From contig CBFFRP010000339.1 in the NCBI GenBank assembly GCA_965644295.1, forward strand, positions 1 to 50,510: 50,510 nucleotides of DNA, in the 5' to 3' direction. The notes under the pieces were generated by a model. That model ran no database searches. It was given only the letters and a program-made list of their open reading frames with translations, and had not been told where the DNA came from. Shown one piece after another: positions 1 to 10,898 of this stretch; position 1 is the first letter of the stretch, and each line of letters opens with the position of its first letter. The position numbers and the translations under genes were made by a program. The stretch is from Paraphysomonas bandaiensis (taxonomy: Eukaryota > Protista > Chrysophyceae).

Positions 1-3000
1 ATGAAACTAACACTTCTTCTCCCGGCAGTATCTCTGTAGTTGCTACCACGAACAGTCGCTTTCCCCTCATCACTATCTTGGCATTGACTAGTGTATCATC
101 CAGAGGATCGTTCGCGAATCTTCCCCAACAGGATGTTGCCTCCTTCGCATCCACATATACCACCTCGCTCCCTCTCTTCTTAGCCGCGAACACATAATCC
201 GTATCCTCTGAGGCTCTCCTCTGTTTTGCTTCTTCCGCAGACCACCGCTCGCCATCATATTCACATATTATACCATCTTCTCTTATTTCTTTTGTTGCGA
301 ACAGGCCTCTGCCTGCTCCTCTCAACGTCGACGGCATGACAGTCACCCTATTATACCCGGTGGCTTTCTTGTCTCGCAGAGCCCATAAGTCTCTATCCAA
401 TTCAACTTCCTTCCAGTCATCCCTATGAGGCACCTCCCTCGCTGGTCTCATCTGCTGCTTTGGCTTTTCCCTCAGTGTCCTATCCGACCGTCCATATTTG
501 CTCACATGTCTCCTCCTCTCTTCCTCTGTCATCTGAACTCCTTCCTGCCACCCTCTCACTACGTTAGCTCTCCTGATCTCTCTATTCTCTTGGGCCTGTT
601 CCTTATACTGCTTCCTCACCTCCTCTGCCTCCCTTACTTCTGCCCTTCGTTTCTCGGCGCGTGCTATCCTCTTGGCTCTCTTCCTTTCCATGTCCTGTGC
701 CAGCAAGATGTCCTCTTCCGTCACTACCCCTTTGTCCCACTCCAGGTCGTCAGCCGTCAAATATTGTGGCTCTTCTCCCTTTCTCAATAGCCTCGATACC
801 GCATCTGCATCCATATGCTTTGTCCCTTGCTTATAATGGAGGTGGAAACTCATTCCCATCAGATCCAGCAGATATCTCATGAGCCTCCCATTATTAGACG
901 CGGTCTGACCCTTATACATATATACTAATGCATTATGGTCCGTGTACACATCCACTTCATTTGCACATCGTAAGTACAGATCCCAATACATCATACAGTC
1001 ATGCAATGCTTTACACTCAATCTCCGTCGGCGAATATTCCCTTTCCGTAGCATTCAAAATCTTGCTCCAATATGCTACTGGATGCCACTCCTCCTCATCA
1101 TCCTGCTGAAGTAATATAGCTCCTATCCCTCGACCCTTCCGGCATGCGTCTACCCTCACTTGAAATGGCTTGGTATTATCCACCAGACGCAAGCATGGGT
1201 GAGCCATCAGTTCCTCTTTTAGTCTATCAACGGCTTCCTCGTGTTCCTCATTCCATGCCTCCGCTACGTTTACTCCTTTCCTTGTTAGGTCATGCAATGG
1301 TGCCACAATACTCGCATAGTCCTTGATGAAATGTCGGTAATATAAGGTCAGCCCTATAAACGCTCTTACAGCTGATACATCCTTCTTCGGATATTCCAAT
1401 TCGTCTATGGCTTTGACCTTCTCTGGGTTGGGGTATTTCCCCTTTTCATCCACCATGAACCCCAAAAATGCCATGCTCGGGTAGTTCAGATGCACCTTCG
1501 TCACCTTGAACACCAAGTCCTTGCTCTCAAGTTGTTGGAACACCTTCCCTATGGATCCATAGTGCTCCCAGAACTCCCTCGAATGTACCATGACATCATC
1601 CTGATATACTAACGCCTCCTCCTGACTAATGCATTGGAATGTCTCCGCCACGATCCTTGCCCATTCGTTAGCACTGTTCCTTCCTCCTTGCACCATCCTT
1701 GTTGGCTGAAGGTACTCGTCATGTGTTCTATATGCAAACTTTGCTCTGCTCCCCTTCTCCAGGTCTACCACCCAAAACGCATCCTTGATATCCCCAACCG
1801 AGAAGTGCTTCGTTCCCTTTTTCACTTGGTCCAACAAATCATCAATCCTCGGCAATGGAAATACATCCGGTAACGTCTTTGCGTTCACTTCTCTGCAATC
1901 TATGGTTTGTCGGTAGAAGGTAGCCACCTCTTGCTCATTCCTCGGGTCCCACATAGCCTCCCTGGCATGCTCCCCCCATTTTTCCTTGAATTTTTCAATT
2001 CTATCCCTATATGGTATTAGTACCAACGCTGATGCCCACGCCCCTGGCTCCGCTGGTTCCACCTTTCGTTCTCTCTTCCCTATCCTCGCTTTTGCCTTCA
2101 TGAATGCTTTCTCTACATCATTGTACCTCCTCGGTCGACACAACACTGGTTTGTCATCCGTGGTTCTGATTCCTGTCTGATAATTTCTTAATTTTTTCGG
2201 GTTGTCGGGATCCGGATGCACCAGCACATTCGCCCACGCTACACATCGAGCCAGTAAAATCGCTCGCTGGGTTGGTTGTCCATCTTTCACGCATATTCTC
2301 CACTTCCCTTCTCGCCCTCTAACCCTATTCTTCCACTCCTGTCTCTTCTTCTCCGCTACTGGGTCCTCATCCTCACAACTTTCCTCCCCCAAATCTAGGA
2401 CCTGACTAGGTCTCCATGGTGTCTCCACTGGATGATATCCCGCTCCCCCTGGATCCCATATCTCCGTTGACCATAGTAAGGTCATAGCTATATCGTCCCT
2501 GGCAATATCCAGATAGTCTATGATTTCCCAGATTACGTCTGCGCGCCGCTCCTCCGGGTATTCCTCTCGGATTGCTACATAGTGCGCTTGATCGTCTGGA
2601 CTCATCCAGTGCCATAGAGCCGTCCACGGATGCTTGAATTCTGGCGGACATTCAGTGGATTGTGGAGTCGCTTCTACTACTCGCGTGGTGTGTGCCCGTA
2701 CCTCTTCCTGGTCCTCTTGCTCATCCAGATCCTCATTCGTATATCGCGGCATCTGATATACCGGCTGTATTTCGACGCTGATTGCCGACCGATGTAACTT
2801 AACGGGCTCGGATGACCAATTTTCCACCCACACCCCATGAGTTCCTGTGCAGGAAGTCACGTCCGGAATACGTACTACCTCTCTCCACTTTCCCGCTATG
2901 ATTCCTTTCGGCACATCCTGTCTGACTACCGTTACAATTGACGACGCGAGAGGGGAGATCTCCATCTTGTGAACTGGTACAAATTGGACTGAATTTGCCG

Positions 3001-5143
3001 GGATGGTGGCTCGCTGTAGACACGCTCTGTGTGCCCTCCGTACGCCATTGGCCCGACGAACCCCCTCCATAAACTGATATATCCTGGCCTCCTGAATAGG
3101 ACTTCTTTGTTTTCCAATCCATTCACATGACCCTGCGTATGATCGTCCACTCATCACCACATCAATACCTGACTCCGTGGTAACCACGAACGCTCGATGT
3201 TTCTTAAGCTCAATCGCATCCGATCCTCCCCACAGTGCTGAGATCGTCAGCCCTGGTACTAGATCAAACCTTCTCTCCCATATCCCTTTGACCGGCGGTC
3301 CGGTTTGCAACCGTCCATGCATTTCCCCATAATATTGTACGCCTTCCACCTCCATTCTCAAGGTGGTATATGAAGTGACCTCCTCTGGCTGACCATCACC
3401 CCCTGTAGCTCCCATAATACGATAACGTTGATGCTGTGGTAACACTGTGATTGGCAAGCCCATCTCCTTAGCCAACCCTTCATGCATAAACTTCCAATCA
3501 GATCCTGGATCCACATGTAATACCATAGGCATCCGATTTCCCTCGACTTGGGCAACCCCACACCACATGGTCAGAGAGTCTGGCTTCCCATTCATTCCTG
3601 CCTCTGTTACCGATGTATGAGCTAGGCTGACCCTAACTGGTTTGTCCTCCTGCCCCTGCCCTTTCTCTGTCCCGTCCTCCTCGTACCAGTCTTCATCCCA
3701 CTCCTCCTCCGCTTCAGACATCTCTACCCTAGCGTGGTTCATTCTGACAAATGCTTGCAAATTCTTCTCCTTCTGGCGCGACACTTCGGCATGGAAAGCT
3801 TTCTTCTCCTCCTCCGTGAATGTACTCCATGCTGACCGAGACTCCTCCATTTTCCTTACAATTTCTTGGTACGCCCGGATTTCAAACCGCGTGAATTTCT
3901 CTGGTTGATACCCCTTCCACTTGCCAGATGTATCCCTCAATCTGTAGAAACACTCTCCCCGCTTGGAATGCTCAAATCCACACCAGTTGCACAGCACCCA
4001 CCCATTCTTCCCTCGTGATGCCGTGTAGCCTCCTCCGCTCCCGGTGCCTGTCTCTCTCCTCCCTTCAGGCTTATCCGTCTCTGCCCCCTGATCTCTTTCT
4101 CCTCCTTCTTGGTAAGCTCCATGCGCCTTTACTGTCTTCTTGTGCGATCCGGTGACTCCTGGTATCTGTCCATTGGGATATGTATCCATCAGCTTCCCAA
4201 CCACTTTCTGCACACAATTCACAATATACTCCTCGCTCTTCATGTCCACCAGGCCTATCCTCCGATCCATCTCAATCTCTGCATCAACTCCTTGTCTCAC
4301 CAAATTCCCTAATGGCCGTCCTGCGGTCTTCATTCTAAACCGTCTATACAGTTGCTCCGCTATATTGTCGTCGCCCACCTGTATGATCTTGTGTCTTAAT
4401 TCTGCGAAGCTTTCGTCGAACTTCTCTAACGATGTTTCGTCCATCTGGAATTCTTCCACTTCTCTCTGCAGCACCTCCTTCCCTACTTGTATGCCGAAAA
4501 TGGACGTGAACCTAATCATAAACTTAAACACCTCCACTCCCCACGTCACCACATCGGTCTCCACCGCTGAACAGGTCGACTTGAAACCACTCTCTCCATG
4601 CTGTACTCTCGTAGCATATTTCCTTCCCAACTCCCCTTTAAACGGAGCCCCCGTCATCAGGTGTAGACATAACTTCATTGGCGACCACTGAGCCATGTGG
4701 GCCGTAGATACTATTCCACTGAATATCATAATACAGTCTAACCTGGTGCTCCCTGTGGGAAAGTCTACTTGGGGATATCCAATGTGGGCAGCTGGCTTTC
4801 CCGACTGTACCCAGTGCGGTATGGGTAACTTCCTCAAGTGTTCTCTCATTTCCGGCAATACTTTGGCCATCTCCACCTGCTCCTCACACCTCTGCCGCAG
4901 CTCCGCGGTGATCTTCTCCACCACCCCTGGCGTCCTCATGCACCATTGACAGAACTCCCCATAGCTCTTAGACCTCGCCTTCTCCACCTGCTGACTAGGG
5001 TCGTCCTCTTCCTTGGCCTCTGCTTCCCTCCCCCTTCTCATGCTAGTGCGAGCCTCTTCCTCTCTTCCTGTCATACTCTCCTTCTCTACGGTCAACCAAG
5101 TCTCCTCATCGCTGCTCACCTCGTCTGGATACTTTTCTCCCCA
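1..5143 (-). CDS. Gypsy gag-pol polyprotein continuation (zinc knuckle, aspartic protease, RT, RNase H, SET domain); 3'-partial
   Basis: Hand translation gives 1714 stop-free codons from 5143 to 2. Motifs: CNWCGFEHSKRGEC (~3950-3991), LHVDPGS (D at 3509-3511), YQDD (1595-1606), RNase H (~790-1170), then VMPSTLRGAGRGLFATKEI...ICEYDGE...YVDA...WGRFANDP...NAKI...ATTEILPGEEVLVS (~350-2). Confidence 0.93.
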
Positions 5144-6760
5144 TCAATCCATGTTCGGTCTTCCTTCCCCTCTCATCCACCTAACCTGATCTCTATAGCT
5201 TTTCAGAGGCGGTCCTATCTCCCTGAGCTCTCTCAATGCTACCTGAATGACCTCCTTCTGCTCCTCCAGATACATCAACCTCTCTGCCAACCTATTGCTG
5301 GTCGTGAGATAGTCCAGCAGCTCCGGTATCTTGTCCCTCTCCTGGCTCAGTAACTCGAAATCCATGTCTCGGCGCCCCCTGGTCCTTGCATGTTGGATGA
5401 TCCCCAGCCACGACACATAGAACTCTCTTTGTATATCTGGTACTCCCTCCTTCACTGCAGCCATCTTCAGCTCCTCCATCAATCTATCCAATACCCCCCT
5501 GTACGTGCCTTCCGTCATCCTCTCTCTCACATTCTGTATCTCTCTCCTCACCAGCCTCTCACTCTGCCATACATACTTGTCTTGATGTTCTGGTTCCACC
5601 GGCTTCACCAGATGTAGCAGCATATTCCTCTGAAGCATGTTCCGGGTCTCCTGTGATAGTCCCACGGGTTTCGAGGCTACCTGAATGTCCTCCTGCATCC
5701 ATCCTCCATCTCGTCTGCTCTCCTCCTCATCTGTTCTCCGTCTACCACTGGACCTACTTCCCATACTCCACTCATCCTGTGACAACATCTCCTCCCCTCG
5801 TCTTCTTCTCCCGCCCCCTACTCCCATCGCAGCCAACTCCTCCATCACTGGTGTACTTCGATACTCTTCCCCTATCTCCCTTCTGGCTGGTGTCTTTGGA
5901 TAGTCGTCCCCTCTTTCTCCTCTATGAGACTGCCAATGCTCTGCTCCTGTGGCCTCCCTCCTACTCGTCGGTGTCTGCCCCTCCTCCCTCATTATCTTCC
6001 CTTCTCTCCGACCTCCTCTATACCAGCATACCCAACACTGTGTAGCATACTTCGGCGCTGATCCTGCCTTCAGTACTGCCTGGCAGCTCCTACACTTACG
6101 ATCAAATATGAGAGTCTCTGTCCGTGGATTCCCTCTCATCTCTATCACAGGCTGATCTCTTGCTTTCTCTGTCGCATACTTCTGACGCACCCACACCCAT
6201 GATGGGATATCTGCAGGCCTGCTCTCCCTCTCTTCCTGCTCCAATTCCCCTAGCCGCATCTTCTCACTAAACAATTTCCTGGTGGTTTCCATACCCCACG
6301 CTCCGGTCTCTCTCGCTCGTACAGGCCTTCCTGTTAGTGGGTCTCCCTCGTCTGACTCTTGATAGTCTGGTGCCCCGCTCCAATCTCTGTACAGTCTCTC
6401 CATTGTGGCCCCCATCCCTGGCCTATCCTTGTTGCCATGTCTACTCCCGTCCCCACAGTTGTAGTCTGGTTCCTCGAATGGGGCCGTCCCTTGGCCGGTC
6501 CCGGTATCCCCCCATGCCTCGGAGAGTGATGTGTCCCGTGCACTGTCCACATCGTCCTCCCATTGCTCTGCCCTTCGCTCTTCCCCCCTTTGGGATCGTT
6601 GCCATGAAATTCCGCTGCCCCCTCGTCTTCGTGGCTGATCAAGTCCACTGGTTCGCGAGGGCAGCCCACGTTGTCCACCACATGAGACGATCGGAGATGT
6701 GAGGGTCCTTGGCAGAGGGCTTTGCCTTGTTGATGCATCAGTTGGGTACCTTGTGCTCAT
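5144..6760 (-). CDS. Gypsy ORF1 / N-terminal gag-region protein (538 aa, R/E/G-rich, CxxC-x15-CxxC putative zinc ribbon)
   Basis: ORF track; motif CRSCQAVLKAGSAPKYATQCWVC. It ends in a single TGA, and the same frame stays open downstream to position 2. Confidence 0.75.
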   Translation of the reverse strand: MSTRYPTDASTRQSPLPRTLTSPIVSCGGQRGLPSRTSGLDQPRRRGGSGISWQRSQRGEERRAEQWEDDVDSARDTSLSEAWGDTGTGQGTAPFEEPDYNCGDGSRHGNKDRPGMGATMERLYRDWSGAPDYQESDEGDPLTGRPVRARETGAWGMETTRKLFSEKMRLGELEQEERESRPADIPSWVWVRQKYATEKARDQPVIEMRGNPRTETLIFDRKCRSCQAVLKAGSAPKYATQCWVCWYRGGRREGKIMREEGQTPTSRREATGAEHWQSHRGERGDDYPKTPARREIGEEYRSTPVMEELAAMGVGGGRRRRGEEMLSQDEWSMGSRSSGRRRTDEEESRRDGGWMQEDIQVASKPVGLSQETRNMLQRNMLLHLVKPVEPEHQDKYVWQSERLVRREIQNVRERMTEGTYRGVLDRLMEELKMAAVKEGVPDIQREFYVSWLGIIQHARTRGRRDMDFELLSQERDKIPELLDYLTTSNRLAERLMYLEEQKEVIQVALRELREIGPPLKSYRDQVRWMRGEGRPNMD

Positions 6761-7020
6761 ACCCGCGGATAACTTCTTACTACGTGCAATGACGTCTGAT
6801 CTTACAATGCGTCTGTTAGATGCTATTAAACAGACCCTTAAGCTCTGATAATCGTATAACTATCAATTATTAGAACTATCCTTACTTATGCTCTCATAAC
6901 CTTAAAAAGAGTGACTCACATAGCAATCTTGCACTTACAAGCTGGCTCTACACTTAAGCACCCATATCATACTTATCACCATCGTATCTCTACAGTTATC
7001 GTAATGCTGTCCCTGTAGTC

Positions 7021-7109
7021 GTACTCATCTACTACTCATCGTACCTATCTACTACTCATCGTACCTATCTACTACTCATCGTACCTATCTACTACTCATC
7101 GTACCTATC
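7021..7109. repeat. 20-bp minisatellite (GTACCTATCTACTACTCATC, ~4.5 copies) in the Gypsy 5' untranslated region
   Basis: Tandem copies directly visible; followed by a 24-bp unit twice at ~7130-7176. Confidence 0.9.
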
Positions 7110-7836
7110 CACTTACATACGTACTCACGTACTCAAGTACATACGTACACATGTACTCAAGTACATACGTACACACCTACCTCCACCCAACAGCTACCCT
7201 ACCACCGTATACTCACTGTAGTCAGGATACACTCACCCCACGATATATGGGACTATATGCGAATTTGTCACATATGTATAGATATATGTATATTATTGCT
7301 ATTGTAATACATCAGATTACTTAATCTTAGAATGGTTGTTTATATGCTCTCCTCTAAACCACTAATACTTCGTATGGTATGGAGCAAGTATCTTGTACAG
7401 TCAGAATGTTTCAGCTGTGAAGCATCCAGCAAACTGCAAATCTTTTCAAGATGCGATTTGGTTTCCAAACCAGTCGTTTTCAGTGTGTAGTTTGGTGTGT
7501 GAGAGGTTGTAGCGTGTTGTTGTCACACTTGTGCATGATAATTCATAGTTATATTATTAAATTAAGTGATGCTGATAGACCCCCCCAGAGTACAAGGTTT
7601 CATCAATGTTTCTGAAGGCGACTGAAGGACATCTATGGAGATTGTGTTGAGAAAGAATGGTGTACAAAATCCTACTTGAGCATTGGAGAGAGCGATGGAG
7701 TCCTGCTCATGCTGTTATATCTTACTATATTACTGCTCTTTAGCTTTGTGATCGCCTGATCTATGTTGTATTGATTTTAATTCACCTTCTATGACCTCAT
7801 GCTTCTGTAATTCGTAGCTATATGCGAGTACAATTC

Positions 7837-8162
7837 ATGACTAGGTTTAATACTATAATTGGCTAGGTTGAGTCATTTATTGCTTTGACTAGGTTATTAC
7901 ACCAATTTTGGAGTGACTAGGAAAGTCCACCAAATTGACTAGGTTGAATAATATATCCCAATACTTAAATCAGTAGGCAGTAGGCAGGACAAAATTAAAA
8001 ATCTAGTTATTTAATGACTAGGTTTAATACTATAATTGGCTAGGTTGAGTCATTTATTGCTTTGACTAGGTTATTACACCAATTTTGGAGTGACTAGGAA
8101 AGTCCACCAAATTGACTAGGTTGAATAATATATCCCAATACTTAAATCAGTAGGCAGGACAA
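7837..8162. repeat. Near-perfect tandem duplication, period 177 bp, with internal (T)GACTAGG subrepeats
   Basis: ATGACTAGGTTTAATACTATAATTGG starts at both 7837 and 8014. Each unit has five G[A/G]CTAGG motifs spaced ~22-28 bp apart. Confidence 0.9.
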
Positions 8163-8517
8163 GAGCCTACTAAGTACTAAGCAAGTCTAAAATTTTATCG
8201 ATTCTACTAAATCTAATACGGCTCAACAGCCATTTTTGGTTAGTAGAAACCTCTGCAAAATTTAGTAGGAATATGGGAAAGTATGTTTCAAATGACACCG
8301 CCACAACTGGACTACGAAGAAAAAAACGAAAAGAATATATAAGGCCGAATATGATTACTTTACATTAGTAACCAGGGTAGATATTGAAAGCAGATAACTT
8401 TAGCAGATACACACAATGCACTTTTACAGCATTATCAACTCTACATGCTTGCATATATGATGAATTTATATATCTAGATACCTTCGAAAAAAGGGTGTAA
8501 TAAAAAAAGGATGTAAC

Positions 8518-9060
8518 TTATATTTGGACTGGCTCGAGGCTAGACACGTCGATTCCATTGGCTCTAGAATCAATAATTGATGCATCGAAAACTCGGTTCT
8601 CACGTGGGTGAGGATAACACATGCTCTCTTCACCACGGTCGTGCTGCTCACAAGGCTCTTTAAGACACCGCAAAACCTGTAGTCCAAGAGCATCTGGAGA
8701 TATGGGCTTCTGCAAAACAGAAAAGAACCCCAATGAGAGTGCCGTAGCAACAGTATCTTCACTACATTCAACAACAGATTCTGCAACATAGATTACAGGT
8801 ATATGAATTCCCATTTTACGTAGAACAGTTAAAAATTCCATCCCAGTTATATGTTTCACATTCTGACTGACCATAACCATATTAAAGTCCGTCATATCCA
8901 TTTGTTCCAATCCAGTTAAACAATCTCTAACAACAGTGAAATCAACTAATACATGACTATCAACATGAGATTGACAATCTCTCTCAAGATCTAAACCACG
9001 TTGTGGTGTGTCTTGTGTGGGCTCTATGAAGAGTATCTTAACAACCCTGTAACAGTGCAT
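8518..9060 (-). CDS. CheY-like receiver-domain protein, probably a pseudo-receiver
   Basis: KILFIEP ... FNMVMVSQNVKHITGMEFLTVLR ... IPVIYV ... ALSLGFFSVLQKPISPDAL follows the receiver-fold pattern, including the conserved KP. The phospho-acceptor Asp position reads Ser. Confidence 0.75.
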   Translation of the reverse strand: MHCYRVVKILFIEPTQDTPQRGLDLERDCQSHVDSHVLVDFTVVRDCLTGLEQMDMTDFNMVMVSQNVKHITGMEFLTVLRKMGIHIPVIYVAESVVECSEDTVATALSLGFFSVLQKPISPDALGLQVLRCLKEPCEQHDRGEESMCYPHPRENRVFDASIIDSRANGIDVSSLEPVQI

Positions 9061-9230
9061 TGAAGATGGATACTTAGAAAACTATATCGTAAAAACATGA
9101 AATATGGTTAGACTGTATATGGAATGAAGGATCTTGATGATGTGAACTATATGCCTGATATGTCGGCATCATAATGTAGACCTTGGGCACAGATACCCCT
9201 ACCGTATGTACCGTATGAGAGTGGGTACTG

Positions 9231-9640
9231 TATGTATGTATGTATGTATGTATGTATGTATGTATGTATGTATGTATGTATGTATGTATGTATGTATGTA
9301 TGTATGTATGTATGTATGTATGTATGTATGTATGTATGTATGTATGTATGTATGTATGTATGTATGTATGTATGTATGTATGTATGTATGTATGTATGTA
9401 TGTATGTATGTATGCATGTATTTATTTATTTATGTATGTATGTATGTATGTATGTATGTATGTATGTATGTATGTATGTATGTATGTATGTATGTATGTA
9501 TGTATGTATGTATGTATGTATGTATGTATGTATGCATGTATGTCTAGATGTGTTTGGTATGTATGTATGTATGTATGTATGTATGTATGTATGTATATAT
9601 GTATGTATGCATGTATGTCTAGATGTGTTTGGTATGTATG
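9231..9640. repeat. (TATG)n microsatellite, ~410 bp with a few interruptions
   Basis: Directly visible. Confidence 0.99.
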
Positions 9641-9653
9641 TTATATTGGAGGT

Positions 9654-10619
9654 ATGGTGGACGAGTGGACAGTCGTGAAGTCAAAACGAAAGCCAAACAA
9701 AGGCAAGGCCAGAGGTCACAAGGGTTCACATCCACACCCTAAACACCATGACGACACAGATGCTGATATAGACATACATACAGAGAGTGTGTCTCTTGTA
9801 GCCTCCATACAACACATACAGTCACTACTATCACACACAGCATTCCATACAGACACTAATGAGAAAACGAAACATATTATAGACAAATGTGTTACCATCA
9901 TAATGCTCGGTATTGGAAACTTCTCTACATCGAAAACAGCACTGCTTCAGTTGTGTTATGGTCTCTATATATGCAGTCAGATTAAAGACAAACTCACAGT
10001 GAATGCGACTATATATGATCCTGTAATGAGACCATTGGAAATTGAAGTGTGTAAAAGATTAGGTCTGAATACAGTGACAAATTGTAGTCAGGAAATGCAC
10101 ACTGCTACCACGAAGACCCTTTTCTACATGCCGCATTGCCCCTATCTACTATATAGTCAGATACTTTGGGCAAATTGGGGAAGTCGTTTGGAAAATGTTG
10201 TGATACTAGGGAACAGGTATGCTAGATTTCTAATTAGTATCATTGATTTAATGCAAGTACAGTTTCAATTCGTATTCTCTCCGTCGCATGGGTGAGGACT
10301 GCATATCTGATCGTGCGGACTGTGTGCAACGGCTCATGCCTCTCGTCCAAGAAGTTCCTTTATGGCTTGACCAATACAGACGAGATCCTTTTTTAGATAG
10401 ACACTGGGAGCTTTCTCCACTAGAAGGAGCTTTTACAGAACTGAGGTCATTCCTAGTGCTATCGTGATTCGTGATTAATAATAGTTGCACAGTTTGATGA
10501 TACTTACTACGCCATCAAGGGATAATGAAGGTATTCTATCACTTAGTAACCGACCCACGAAAGAGGATATGGATGCAGCAGCAGCGATGGATTTGGAACT
10601 AATAACGCCGTCCTCATAG
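9654..10619 (+). CDS. SRRD: SRR1-like protein (SRR1 domain), 3 exons
   Basis: Motifs MLGIGNFS...ALLQL, YDPVM, TLFYMPHC...WANW...ILGNSF and AFTELS. GT-AG introns at 10217-10262 (46 nt) and 10446-10492 (47 nt) restore the frame. Confidence 0.85.
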
Positions 10620-10898
10620 GTCGTACACACGTTTGTTCATTATTGTGTAGTGTATATTACTGGATTTAATCGCATAGATTTTCACACACTATAAACGCTT
10701 AGTCTGTGCTTTTTTATTTTTCACTATAATGTCTTAATTAGAAACGAATTAAATAGACACCCAATCGCACGCACCATAGCAATGGCACTATGTATTGTAC
10801 AAATGTGACGTAGTGCTGATTAGACTTGGAGATGATCAATCTATAAAAGCACCAGAACATCTGCTGTGGGCGTAGGAAGATCAGTCAGTAATGAATGC

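Larger units (their letters stand above)
1..7400 (-). mobile_element. Ty3/Gypsy LTR retrotransposon, 3' part outside the window; 5' boundary approximate
   Basis: Domain order protease-RT-RNase H on the minus strand. RT motifs FPLPRIDDLL, YQDD and FLGF; RNase H motifs VDAC...PVAYWSK...YSPTEIE...TDH...DADAVSR. A possible LTR lies near 7266-7399 (TGTCAC...TGTACA) but cannot be confirmed without the second LTR. Confidence 0.92.

Noticed and set aside
2770-3040. dUTPase-like segment between protease and RT (ATIPANSVQFV...VWVENWSSEPVKL)
   Set aside because: Only a faint beta-rich resemblance; the dUTPase catalytic motifs are not recognisable, so no call is made.
5144-5146. Gypsy in-frame TGA decoded as selenocysteine because tRNA-Sec is in the same window
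   Set aside because: No redox motif around the codon and no SECIS identified; proximity of the tRNA gene is irrelevant to decoding.
425-6702. Numerous plus-strand ORFs rich in S/L/P
   Set aside because: Antisense shadows of the purine-rich Gypsy coding strand.
7837-8162. CRISPR-like appearance (short motif with spacers)
   Set aside because: The motif is only 7-8 bp, the spacers recur in the second unit, there are no cas genes and the context is eukaryotic.
9199-9678. Poly-(MYVC) and poly-(HTYI) ORFs, and the 351-aa N-terminally extended SRR1 ORF
   Set aside because: These are translations of the (TATG)n microsatellite; the SRR1-like sequence begins at ATG 9654.
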